Virus record (IMG/VR): IMGVR_UViG_3300005573_000172
Location: 1-38,639 of that record
Length of the DNA: 38,639 nt
Direction: 5' to 3' (one strand)
Origin: a virus
Taxonomy: Duplodnaviria > Caudoviricetes
Shown here: one piece after another, positions 1 to 7,353 of the stretch
Numbering within the stretch: position 1 is the stretch's first letter
Layout: each line of letters opens with the position of its first letter
Translations under genes and position numbers: made by a program
Notes under the pieces: model-generated
The model's input: only the letters and a program-made list of their open reading frames with translations
Told to the model about the DNA's origin: nothing
Databases searched by the model: none

Positions 1-121
1 CGGCTGGCAACTTGGTATCGCGCAAGCGTGCTGTTTCTGCATCCCCGGGGAGACGTATGAATCCCGAACGGATTGCCCCAGACGGTTGGGCGGCCGACGT
101 ACACCTCGTAACGCTCTGCCC
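1..121 (+). repeat. Terminal direct repeat, copy 1 (identical to 38519..38639; most likely assembly overlap)
   Basis: cggctggcaacttgg...cgctctgccc is identical at both ends and lies inside a CDS. Confidence 0.97.
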
Positions 122-167
122 GGAGGTTCACGACTCGCGTTTTCCCTACTTTCTGGCCCTCACTCAT
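1..167 (-). CDS. DUF4326 family protein, N-terminal part (continues across the junction to 38332; 117 aa total)
   Basis: ATG at 167 with GAGGAGG RBS gives MSEGQKVGKTRVVNLRAERYEVYVGRPTVWGNPF, in frame with ORF 38332..38622. Confidence 0.9.
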   Translation of the reverse strand, partial: MSEGQKVGKTRVVNLRAERYEVYVGRPTVWGNPFGIHTSPRGCRNSTLARYQVAS

Positions 168-351
168 AGCACGCCTCCTCGATCAACGCCTCGGCGTCGA
201 GCAGTTCGAACACGGCCATTTCGAACTGGTGCCTGGCATCGGCGTTGAAGAGGTTTCTCGGGTCGGTGCTGATGTATTCTGCGCGCGATCGGGCATTTCT
301 GATTTCTCTGATTGCTCTGCGAACTTTGTCGTCATCGATTGGTCGAGGCAT
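160..351 (-). CDS. Hypothetical protein (63 aa, MPRPIDDDKVRR...)
   Basis: ATG at 351 with GAGGGG RBS; stop overlaps the next start; only the 3' part of the 160..663 track ORF looks protein-like. Confidence 0.75.
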   Translation of the reverse strand: MPRPIDDDKVRRAIREIRNARSRAEYISTDPRNLFNADARHQFEMAVFELLDAEALIEEACYE

Positions 352-367
352 AGATTGCCCCTCTGAG

Positions 368-733
368 TCATGGCAGGAAGACCGTCCGTACCCCGCCCAT
401 TTGCCCGCATTTCGCGTGGTCGGGCCGAGAGACCCAGCGCGCGGCGCCGGGATCCTGGCGATTGCGGCTGATTCCGCGCCAGGCCGGCCGCGACCGTTCG
501 GTAGCTGCCTGGATCCGGGCGGCCTCATGCACGGAGCCACAGATCCGCACATATTTGAGATATTTGTGCTTGTTGATCTCGCCATCCACCACGAGGCCGT
601 GGCGGTGCAGCGCGCGCACCCCGGCGGCCGTGGCCACGAGCGCATCGCGCCCGGTATCGGCATGTACGGCGAGAATCTTTGAGTCGAGATTGGTGGGCAG
701 GTACTGCGCGATTTCGTGTGCAGGTATCCTCAT
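368..733 (-). CDS. Hypothetical protein (121 aa)
   Basis: Fits the minus-strand operon without overlap; normal composition. Confidence 0.65.
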   Translation of the reverse strand: MRIPAHEIAQYLPTNLDSKILAVHADTGRDALVATAAGVRALHRHGLVVDGEINKHKYLKYVRICGSVHEAARIQAATERSRPAWRGISRNRQDPGAARWVSRPDHAKCGQMGGVRTVFLP

Positions 734-836
734 GGCGAATGCACGCTTTGTCCGGGGAGTTGGCCGGGCCCTGAAGTGTGCCCCGTGTTGGTGCTGGCCT
801 ACGGGGCCAGAGGCCGCGAGCGCGAATTGTCCGAAG

Positions 837-1301
837 TCACCCGGCTATGTGTTGGCGGTGTGTGGCATTCGCGTCCTCATATATATAGGACACGGCAGGG
901 GCATTTTCTACAGTTTTCCACAGATTTTTTTTAAGTCGGCGAATTGCGCGCACGAAAAGCGCCTCTCCGTATGTGAATTCAGCCGGACTGTGACCCTGGA
1001 GCACCGCCAGGACGATCTGCCTGAGCTCCCACGGTAAGGCGTAGACTGCTCGATTGAAGTCGATATCTTCCTCGATATGACGCGGATTGCGGTACGGTTC
1101 GCGGTGTGGAGGGAGCGGTATTTCGCGATTTGTGGTCCTTTGCGCGCGCTTTATTCTTCTCCATACCGCTTTTCGGATGGCCATTTCGCTCAGGCCTTGC
1201 AGTGCGGCAAGCTCCGCCTCCTGCTCCAGGTCCGCCCGCTCGATCGAAGGCGGCAGCGCCCTGCCGCCCAGACAAAAGTCTACGCATTCTTTCGCCGTCA
1301 T
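837..1301 (-). CDS. Sigma-70/ECF-like protein, apparently degenerate
   Basis: Region-2-like DLEQEAELAAL and region-4-like AVYALPWELRQIV...GHS...RAIRRLKK; AAGGAG RBS. Confidence 0.55.
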   Translation of the reverse strand: MTAKECVDFCLGGRALPPSIERADLEQEAELAALQGLSEMAIRKAVWRRIKRAQRTTNREIPLPPHREPYRNPRHIEEDIDFNRAVYALPWELRQIVLAVLQGHSPAEFTYGEALFVRAIRRLKKNLWKTVENAPAVSYIYEDANATHRQHIAG

Positions 1302-1438
1302 CTCCGTGCTCCTTGGTTGGCGAGGTCTCGGCGGACCCCGATCCGGGAGCGACGCAGAGAGCCGTCTCTCCCGCGCGTTGTGCCGTCGCTGGCCGGCTTG
1401 CGCCGGCGGAATATCGAGCCGAGGCGCGGTTTCTTCAT
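1298..1438 (-). pseudogene. 46-codon ORF, probable N-terminal remnant of a tyrosine integrase
   Basis: MKKPRLGSIFRRRKPASDGT... directly downstream of the excisionase; the GSI[F/Y]xR start resembles integrase arm-binding N-termini; stop is ATGA-coupled to the next gene. Confidence 0.45.
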
Positions 1439-1447
1439 GTTTGCCGC

Positions 1448-1477
1448 ATTATATTACGCTCGGACTGTTCTTGTCAA
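1448..1477 (-). promoter_or_regulatory. Sigma-70 promoter TTGACA-N18-TATAAT
   Basis: Minus strand reads TTGACA agaacagtccgagcgtaa TATAAT; both hexamers are perfect in a GC-rich genome. Confidence 0.8.
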
Positions 1478-1721
1478 CATATTTGTCGAGCTCTGCCTGA
1501 TCCAGCAGTACCCGTCGTCCGTCTCTGATGGCCGGAACCCGTCCCTGGGCAATCATGTGCCTCAGGGCGTGCGTAGACCGGCCCAGGTACCGGGCCGCCT
1601 CCGCCACCGGGACCAGGCGACGCTGTTCCCGGCTCGCGCGGAGCTCTGCGAGGATTCTCTCCGCTACGCGCTCCGCGATCCGGTCGGCCAGGACGTCGAC
1701 CAGAGAATCAAGATTAAGCAT
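1449..1721 (-). CDS. Excisionase-family (MerR-like HTH) DNA-binding protein
   Basis: LVPVAEAARYLGRSTHALRHMIAQGRVPAIRDGRRVLLDQAELDKYV is the typical Xis/HTH_17 pattern. Confidence 0.88.
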   Translation of the reverse strand: MLNLDSLVDVLADRIAERVAERILAELRASREQRRLVPVAEAARYLGRSTHALRHMIAQGRVPAIRDGRRVLLDQAELDKYVDKNSPSVI

Positions 1722-1749
1722 TTTTAATGAGTTTTTTTATGGATCGCGC

Positions 1750-1778
1750 TTGACAGCACGGCCAGGTTGTGGCATGAT
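1750..1778 (+). promoter_or_regulatory. Sigma-70 promoter TTGACA-N17-CATGAT with extended -10 TG
   Basis: TTGACA 1750-1755, TG 1770-1771, CATGAT 1773-1778, upstream of the only plus-strand operon. Confidence 0.7.
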
Positions 1779-1910
1779 CGAGCCATGGAGACAGAGGCAC
1801 TACTGGGAGCCCATGTCCGCGTGGCACGACTCCGGCTACCAGGCAGCAGATTTCCGCCACGAGCACAGCGCCGCACTGCAACAACTATGGCGGGAGGCAG
1901 CGAGGACAGC

Positions 1911-2195
1911 ATGAAACACAAATGGGCAATTGTTCCTTGCGGCCGCCAGCGCTACCTGGTGCCAGACCCACCCGGGGGGCCGGTTGAAATCCACCGCGCG
2001 TACCGCACGAATAAATCCTCTCCATGCCCCTGGAGAGCCTATCGCACATATCCTACCGCGTACTACGCCGAGGCGTTTACGCTTGAAGGGTTGCGCGCAT
2101 ACTTGGATCAAACCCTGGACCTGGAGGTAAAACTATGGAGCCACGACACTGGACGATCATTGACGGATATCAGCATTACCACTGCAACAACATAG
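1911..2195 (+). CDS. Hypothetical protein (94 aa, MKHKWAIVPCG...)
   Basis: ATG at 1911 with GAGGA RBS; start uncertain (upstream in-frame ATG at 1785). Confidence 0.6.
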   Translation: MKHKWAIVPCGRQRYLVPDPPGGPVEIHRAYRTNKSSPCPWRAYRTYPTAYYAEAFTLEGLRAYLDQTLDLEVKLWSHDTGRSLTDISITTATT

Positions 2196-2383
2196 AGGCC
2201 GACCTTTGTCGCCTGGGCGCTACAGCCCGGGAGGCAGACGGGCTAACAGACATCCTCCACTTCGAAGGATGGGGCGAACTGGCAGGCGATCCGGACCCGT
2301 CAGGCCGCTTTTCTGATGACTACCTGAAGTACAAGATCCTGTGGTATCGAGATTTTCGCGCTCAAGACGCGGAGGTTCGGTGA
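2135..2383 (+). CDS. Hypothetical protein (82 aa)
   Basis: GGAGGT RBS; stop overlaps the next start (TGATG). Confidence 0.75.
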   Translation: MEPRHWTIIDGYQHYHCNNIEADLCRLGATAREADGLTDILHFEGWGELAGDPDPSGRFSDDYLKYKILWYRDFRAQDAEVR

Positions 2384-2646
2384 TGAAAAAAAGCACAGAG
2401 AAGGAATACCACTTCAGTGTGGTAGACGAAGGTTCCGCCGTCGAGGTGCTGGTTGAGCGCTTCTACTCTGACAATGGGAGGCCTGCGGGGTGGGTGATCT
2501 ACCGCCGGGAGTCCTACAAAGAAACTCCTGGCCGCCGGATTGATGCAGGCAATGGCGCCTTTCCGTGGGGACGCGACGGTTTCCGTTGGGATCCCTGCGA
2601 CAGCAAGGAGCACGCAGAGTGCCTGCTCAACCGCAGGCTTCCCTGA
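2383..2646 (+). CDS. Hypothetical protein (87 aa, MKKSTEKEYHF...)
   Basis: GGAGGT RBS, translational coupling. Confidence 0.75.
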   Translation: MKKSTEKEYHFSVVDEGSAVEVLVERFYSDNGRPAGWVIYRRESYKETPGRRIDAGNGAFPWGRDGFRWDPCDSKEHAECLLNRRLP

Positions 2647-2651
2647 CCAAC

Positions 2652-2675
2652 AGGGCGGGCGCCAGCGCCCGCCCT
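2652..2675 (+). terminator. GC-rich hairpin (possible weak terminator or processing site)
   Basis: AGGGCGGGCG-CCAG-CGCCCGCCCT, a perfect 10-bp stem just after a stop codon; poor U-tract. Confidence 0.45.
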
Positions 2676-2716
2676 TCCCCTCACCGAAGGGGGCTGCGCA
2701 GAAAGGACGCAGAGTT

Positions 2717-2929
2717 ATGAGATATGAGCAGGTCGACGGGGCGCCGGCAGGCGCTATCAGGATTGACGGCGGAGCCACTCTCGGTGACGGTTCCGTCGAG
2801 TTTCGATACCTGGATGGGGACGAGGACACGGGATTCGTCCCCATCTACTATTCGCTCATCGTGCGCCCGGGCGCCGGGGGAGTCCAGTGGTTTCGACTGG
2901 TGGACGAGCCTGCATTGCATGGGCTATGA
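2717..2929 (+). CDS. Hypothetical protein (70 aa, MRYEQVDGAP...)
   Basis: AAAGGA RBS, ATGA coupling to the next gene. Confidence 0.7.
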   Translation: MRYEQVDGAPAGAIRIDGGATLGDGSVEFRYLDGDEDTGFVPIYYSLIVRPGAGGVQWFRLVDEPALHGL

Positions 2930-3219
2930 GCAAAATTCACAACTTGGTGGGCCGCGTATTTACTCGGCTAACCGTCCTGTCGCTGGCCGGCTACCGCGCC
3001 GCCCATGCGGTGTGGCACTGCCGTTGCGAGTGCGGGCGCGAAGTGGACGTGCGCGGCACGCATCTCGTGTCCGGGCGTGTGCGCTCCTGTGGCTGCCTGC
3101 GTGCAGACCCAGCCATTCGTGCAGCCGCCGCGTTGAGCATTCCGAAGCGCACCCGCCGCGAGCACGCGCGAGCCGCGGCGGCGGCCAGGTGGGCGGGCCA
3201 TCATTCACCCGCGCCGTAG
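2926..3219 (+). CDS. CxC..SCGC Zn-binding protein (HNH/AP2 homing-endonuclease N-terminal type, no nuclease domain)
   Basis: NLVGRVFTRLTV...WHCRCECG...L.SG..RSCGC followed by a basic RREHARAAAAARW tail. Confidence 0.8.
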   Translation: MSKIHNLVGRVFTRLTVLSLAGYRAAHAVWHCRCECGREVDVRGTHLVSGRVRSCGCLRADPAIRAAAALSIPKRTRREHARAAAAARWAGHHSPAP

Positions 3220-3620
3220 CGCGGCATATCGTCCAGGTCGGCTCTCCCGAGCTCATCGAAGTGGATCAGGGCCTGGATGTTGAACACGATCGCGGCCAGG
3301 TGATCCTCGTCCCGCCAGCCCATGGCATACTTGACTGCATGGCGCATTGCCGAGGCCCAGAGCGCGGAGAATGGCATGCCCTTCTCCCAGTTCCGATCTC
3401 CGTACTTCTGCGCACCCATGGCGAGCCAGCGCCCAACCCGGTACAACGCGAATGGCGAAATGAGATCGGGCCTCTCCTTATCGTTCGCACAGTCACGCAC
3501 CGCGCCGGTCGCAAACTCGCGCCGCTCGCCGGAATCCTTGAGCTCGAACGCCCGGTGCACCGGGCATGTTCTCGTCGTCTCATCGAAGCAGGTGCACCCG
3601 GTCTTCGCATCCGCTAACAT
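3201..3620 (-). CDS. dATP/dGTP diphosphohydrolase-domain (DUF5664-type) protein
   Basis: F.TGAVRD...K.RPDLISP.AL..V...L..GA.KYGDRNWEKG....SAMRH......DEDHLAA..FN motif. Confidence 0.88.
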   Translation of the reverse strand: MLADAKTGCTCFDETTRTCPVHRAFELKDSGERREFATGAVRDCANDKERPDLISPFALYRVGRWLAMGAQKYGDRNWEKGMPFSALWASAMRHAVKYAMGWRDEDHLAAIVFNIQALIHFDELGRADLDDMPRYGAGE

Positions 3621-3877
3621 GCTCTCCTCCTCGTCATCCTCTTCATTCGGTCTGGGTCGATTATCCTGATCTCAATCACGTTCGCCCGCGGGATCGTGAG
3701 CCAGAACCTTCCCTGCTCGCCGCCATGATCGAGTTCCATTGCGATCGTGAGACATTCCTCGTCCTGTTTCGCGAGCCAGCCGACCGACTCGAGCTCGATC
3801 GGGCCATGCACGTCGGCGATCGAACCGTCGGCGACCTGATAGTTCGCGTCCTTCCAGCGCACGATCGCGATCTTCAT
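3614..3877 (-). CDS. Conserved small phage protein (W.DA...SVGWL type, 87 aa)
   Basis: MKIAIVRWKDA...ESVGWL...TIPRANV; ATGA overlap with the upstream gene. Confidence 0.75.
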   Translation of the reverse strand: MKIAIVRWKDANYQVADGSIADVHGPIELESVGWLAKQDEECLTIAMELDHGGEQGRFWLTIPRANVIEIRIIDPDRMKRMTRRRAC

Positions 3878-4140
3878 TGCTTTTTCTCCGGAAGCCAGAA
3901 GCATTTCGTCAGTACGCGGTGGCCGCGCGCGTCCTGCGCCCACTTCTTTCCGGCCACCAGGACTCCCTTTGCGACCAGCGCTCGAAGTTGTTGTACGGCG
4001 GTGGTGTACCCCAATCCGTATCTCTGCACATAGTCCGAGGTTGTGAATGAGCGATCCGGGTAAGGATCCACCTCTCCGAGGACCTTCTCTCGGGCAGCGT
4101 CTACCTCGGCCCATGGCGATGATTTCGTCTGCTTGATCAT
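3874..4140 (-). CDS. Putative winged-HTH protein (88 aa)
   Basis: FTTSDYVQRYGLGYTTAVQQLRALVAKGVL wHTH pattern; ATGA-coupled on both sides. Confidence 0.65.
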   Translation of the reverse strand: MIKQTKSSPWAEVDAAREKVLGEVDPYPDRSFTTSDYVQRYGLGYTTAVQQLRALVAKGVLVAGKKWAQDARGHRVLTKCFWLPEKKQ

Positions 4141-4970
4141 CGCATCGTTACCTCCCAGTGTCCGTTTCTCTCCAGTATTATGCGCCCCATCATGGTGTCA
4201 CTCGGGCTCATCGCTGCCGTTTCCGCGTAGCTGTTCCAGTACTCAAGGAAGCTCGAGCTCATAATTCCAGCGATCTTCTGGAGCCGGATTTTCCCGCGGC
4301 TTCGAAGTTGGCGCCAATCGAAGAGCACCATGGCGTCGTGTAAATGGCCGACCATATAGCACGAGGAATCGGCTTGTGACATAAACCGGTGCAGCATCTG
4401 CGCCTTCGCGCCCTTGGTCCGTGCGGCGCCGCCCCCGTGCCAGACGCTCAGCCGGAATGGTTTGTGCTCGCCGTACCAAACGTCGAGCAACTGCACGCCT
4501 CGCGAGTATGGCACGCCAATCTGTTTCGCGATCAGTCGACCGACGTCGCCGAACGTCCGCATTGTCCTGCGCTCGTGGTTGCCTCCGACATACCCGAGGA
4601 GTCGGTGATCTTTGGCCAAGGGCGCAAGTAGCTCGACCACTTCCGCGACTTGGTCGATCGGCTCGCCGGTGTTCTCGTAGGGCGAGGCTACACTCAGCAC
4701 GGTCGCAGCGTCGATCAGGTCGCCACCGAGGATGGCGTAGCGATAATCGCACGAGAGGATCCACTCCATGTAGGCCCGGAATCGCGCAGCCATGAAATTC
4801 CGGTGTCCGTACTGTAGATCGGTAAGGTGGCTGATCTCGATGCGGTCCGCTTTGCTCCTGCGCAGATCGACACTTACCAGCTTGGTCTCGTCGCCCGCTT
4901 TGTGCAGGTCGGCAATCTGAGGGGCGAATGCGGCGACGCGGGCCTTGCTTACCTCCGACCAGTCGGTCAC
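4137..4970 (-). CDS. Calcineurin-like metallophosphoesterase
   Basis: Motifs TDLQYG, GGDLID, GNHE, WHG, GHLH in canonical order. Confidence 0.92.
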   Translation of the reverse strand: MTDWSEVSKARVAAFAPQIADLHKAGDETKLVSVDLRRSKADRIEISHLTDLQYGHRNFMAARFRAYMEWILSCDYRYAILGGDLIDAATVLSVASPYENTGEPIDQVAEVVELLAPLAKDHRLLGYVGGNHERRTMRTFGDVGRLIAKQIGVPYSRGVQLLDVWYGEHKPFRLSVWHGGGAARTKGAKAQMLHRFMSQADSSCYMVGHLHDAMVLFDWRQLRSRGKIRLQKIAGIMSSSFLEYWNSYAETAAMSPSDTMMGRIILERNGHWEVTMR

Positions 4971-5179
4971 TGCTCGGTGATCCCTTCCAGCCGGTCAATG
5001 CGTCGAAGTGTCTGATCATACTCGTGACGCCAGACGTAACGGCCGTTCAGTTCCTTGAGCAGGCGGAGCTCGAATGCCGCGAAGTCCGACCGGACCTTCG
5101 CCGCCAGAATGCCGACCAGCAGAGGGGCGGCCACTCCGACTGCGCTCACAACGATATTGATAATGTTTTGGATTTCCAT
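4967..5179 (-). CDS. Small membrane protein, holin-like (1 TM + coiled coil)
   Basis: N-terminal hydrophobic helix IINIVVSAVGVAAPLLVGILAA, charged tail RIDRLE; lies after the fibre genes. Confidence 0.6.
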   Translation of the reverse strand: MEIQNIINIVVSAVGVAAPLLVGILAAKVRSDFAAFELRLLKELNGRYVWRHEYDQTLRRIDRLEGITEQ

Positions 5180-5181
5180 TG

Positions 5182-6423
5182 TCAGGCCCCCGGGCAGCTC
5201 GAGCTCTTGGTGTTGTTCTGGATCACCGCTCCCTGCGGGGGGGAACTTTCGTAGACAATCGACTGGCAGGAACTGGAGCCGCAGAGGAAGTTGTTGCGGA
5301 CGGTGATGTTGGGGGCGGTGCCGATGGCGATGCCGGCGTAGAAGTAACCCTGGATGCTGTTGTTCTCCACCAGGGTGGTTTTGCCGCCGACTTCGATGCC
5401 GTAGCCGTAGCGGGAGCCGGAGCCGGCGGGAGGCTGGGCGATGAGGGTGTTGCCGCGGATGGTGGTGTTGGAGCCGCCGTCGACCACGATGGAGAGGCCG
5501 AAGGTGTTCCAGAAGGGGTTGATGAAGTTTTCGAAGCGGTTGTTTTCGACCAGGAGGCCCTGGGTGTTGGCGCCTTGCATCTCGATGCCCATGCGGTGGA
5601 CGCGGGTGCCCTGGTTGCCGCTGATGACGATCTGGTCGTAGGGGCCGGCGCCGTCGAATTGCAGGGAGATGGCCTGGTTGACGAGGTCGAAGGTATTGTT
5701 GGTGATGGAGACGTTGCGAATGCGCCAGCCTTGGATGGCGTTGGCGTTGCAGTCGACGTAATCGGTTTTGCCGCCTTCCAGGATGTTGGAGAAGCGGTTG
5801 CTGGAGATGGTGGAGTTCTGCATGCCGGCGGGGAGGAAGATGGCGTTGTGGACGGTCCAGTTGCCGCTGGCGTTGGTGATGTTCTGGAAGGTGCAGTTGG
5901 TGATGCGGATGTTGTCGGCGGCGCCGGTGGAGCCATCAAAGCTGATGCCGGCGGCGTCGAAGGTAAGGCCGTCGATCGTCATGTTGCGGGCGCTGTTGTA
6001 GGGGGCGACGGCGAGGAAGTAGCCGGCGGGGCCGAGCAGGACGGCGCCGGGAGCGCCCTGGTAGGTGCGGTCGGAGAGGAAGTTGAGGGTGCGGGTGACG
6101 CGGTAGTTCCCGGCGGGGAAAGAGACGGTGCCGCCGGCGGGGGTGGCATTGATGGCGTTTTGGATGGCGGTAGTGTCGTCAGTGCTGCCGTTTCCGGTTG
6201 CGCCATAGTCTTTCACGCTTTTTGGGGTCGAAGTCGGAGCGGGAGTCGCGGGCGTGATCGCGCTCAGTGTGGCCTTGCCGTCTTGGATCGTCAGCGCCAA
6301 ACCGGATCCGATTTGCGCGAGGTAGGCGCTTCCATCTGGTGTCACAACGACCACCGTTCCCGCGGTCTGCGCCATCAGCATTGCCGACGTCAGAGCCAAA
6401 GCAACCAGGGCTATCTTCTTCAT
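5182..6423 (-). CDS. Signal-peptide-bearing right-handed beta-helix protein (pectate-lyase/tailspike-like depolymerase)
   Basis: MKKIALVALALTSAMLMA|Q leader; SVKDYGATGNGSTDDTTAIQNAIN...FPAGNY cap; Asn-ladder repeats (I.NN.F). Confidence 0.88.
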   Translation of the reverse strand: MKKIALVALALTSAMLMAQTAGTVVVVTPDGSAYLAQIGSGLALTIQDGKATLSAITPATPAPTSTPKSVKDYGATGNGSTDDTTAIQNAINATPAGGTVSFPAGNYRVTRTLNFLSDRTYQGAPGAVLLGPAGYFLAVAPYNSARNMTIDGLTFDAAGISFDGSTGAADNIRITNCTFQNITNASGNWTVHNAIFLPAGMQNSTISSNRFSNILEGGKTDYVDCNANAIQGWRIRNVSITNNTFDLVNQAISLQFDGAGPYDQIVISGNQGTRVHRMGIEMQGANTQGLLVENNRFENFINPFWNTFGLSIVVDGGSNTTIRGNTLIAQPPAGSGSRYGYGIEVGGKTTLVENNSIQGYFYAGIAIGTAPNITVRNNFLCGSSSCQSIVYESSPPQGAVIQNNTKSSSCPGA

Positions 6424-7028
6424 TTAGAAACCTCCAAATATTTACCGCCGGGACTCTCTGTTGTTCGGATGCCGGCGGTAAGCGCCCGAACGTCCACAAA
6501 TTGGTATGCGATTGTTGCGCTGACTTCCACGTGCACGGGCTTGCCGGTATCGTTGAGCCAGGAGGCGATTTTGACGACCAGGACGTTATCTTCTTCGAGC
6601 AATCCTCCCGCCGACAGATCGGCGCCGAATGGCGCCCGGCGCGGAAGCCCCCGGGAAACTGCGTCCTGGATATAAAGCATGGTATTGTCGGCGATCAGAT
6701 CCGCGCGCGCACTGCCTTCCGGTGCTGTCGTCTGAAATCCAAGTAGCACGCCAGCATAGGTATCCTCGGGCGCGCCGCGTACCCAAGCGACCAGATCTCC
6801 GTGAGCACGCAGGATTCTTACGCGGCAGCCCGACGGAGGAGCGAATGTGATCTTCCAGATTGCAACGTCTGCCGTGCCCCACGTTCCCGACCGCGTGTCT
6901 TTCGCACCGTACAAATCGTACGCAAAGTTGAATGCCCCGGACAACGGCCTGGAATCGCATTTCTCTGCGCCGATCAGCGGCGTCAACGAGAGAACAACGA
7001 GCGCGATAAAAAGGCTGGTTCGTTTCAT
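6420..7028 (-). CDS. Secreted hypothetical protein (202 aa)
   Basis: MKRTSLFIALVVLSLTPLIGA leader; ATGA coupling on both sides; GAGG RBS. Confidence 0.8.
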   Translation of the reverse strand: MKRTSLFIALVVLSLTPLIGAEKCDSRPLSGAFNFAYDLYGAKDTRSGTWGTADVAIWKITFAPPSGCRVRILRAHGDLVAWVRGAPEDTYAGVLLGFQTTAPEGSARADLIADNTMLYIQDAVSRGLPRRAPFGADLSAGGLLEEDNVLVVKIASWLNDTGKPVHVEVSATIAYQFVDVRALTAGIRTTESPGGKYLEVSK

Positions 7029-7333
7029 AACGGCCTCAACCACCTCAGCACGCGTATCCTCGCCACTGTGGGCGGGGGCAGAACGATCATGGTCCCGGTC
7101 GCGATTGCCGTGCTGGACCCGGCACTAAGTCCGGAAGCGAGAACAACCTGCGGAATCCAGGCCGTACCGGAGAGCACAGCCGCGCCCACCGCCGATCCCT
7201 GTGCACCGTAACGACAAGCCGCGGTTGCGGACGCGGTCCCCTGGCCCGTCGATGCACCGGATATGCTGTTGGTACTTGGGGGCTCTCCGCCGAACAGCGA
7301 TTCGTTGAAGAGCGATTCGTTGAATGTCGGCAC
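7025..7333 (-). CDS. Minor virion/fibre-associated protein (102 aa)
   Basis: FNESLFNESLFGG N-terminal motif and G/S/T/A beta-repeats typical of phage fibre genes; GTG start. Confidence 0.6.
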   Translation of the reverse strand: MPTFNESLFNESLFGGEPPSTNSISGASTGQGTASATAACRYGAQGSAVGAAVLSGTAWIPQVVLASGLSAGSSTAIATGTMIVLPPPTVARIRVLRWLRPL

Positions 7334-7353
7334 GCAACAGTCCTATCGGAGCT

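Noticed and set aside
1-121. 121-bp terminal repeat as a biological DTR
   Set aside because: It falls in the middle of a CDS and the terminase is cos-type (gpA); best explained as assembler overlap
734-836. Structured intergenic region as ncRNA or tRNA
   Set aside because: Only a short CTGGCC/GGCCAG hairpin; no cloverleaf or known RNA motif visible
5179-6675. 498-aa plus-strand ORF and other long antisense ORFs (8242..9477, 14242..15462, 17264..18550, 24346..25254)
   Set aside because: Shadows of GC-rich, codon-biased minus-strand genes; no RBS or motifs
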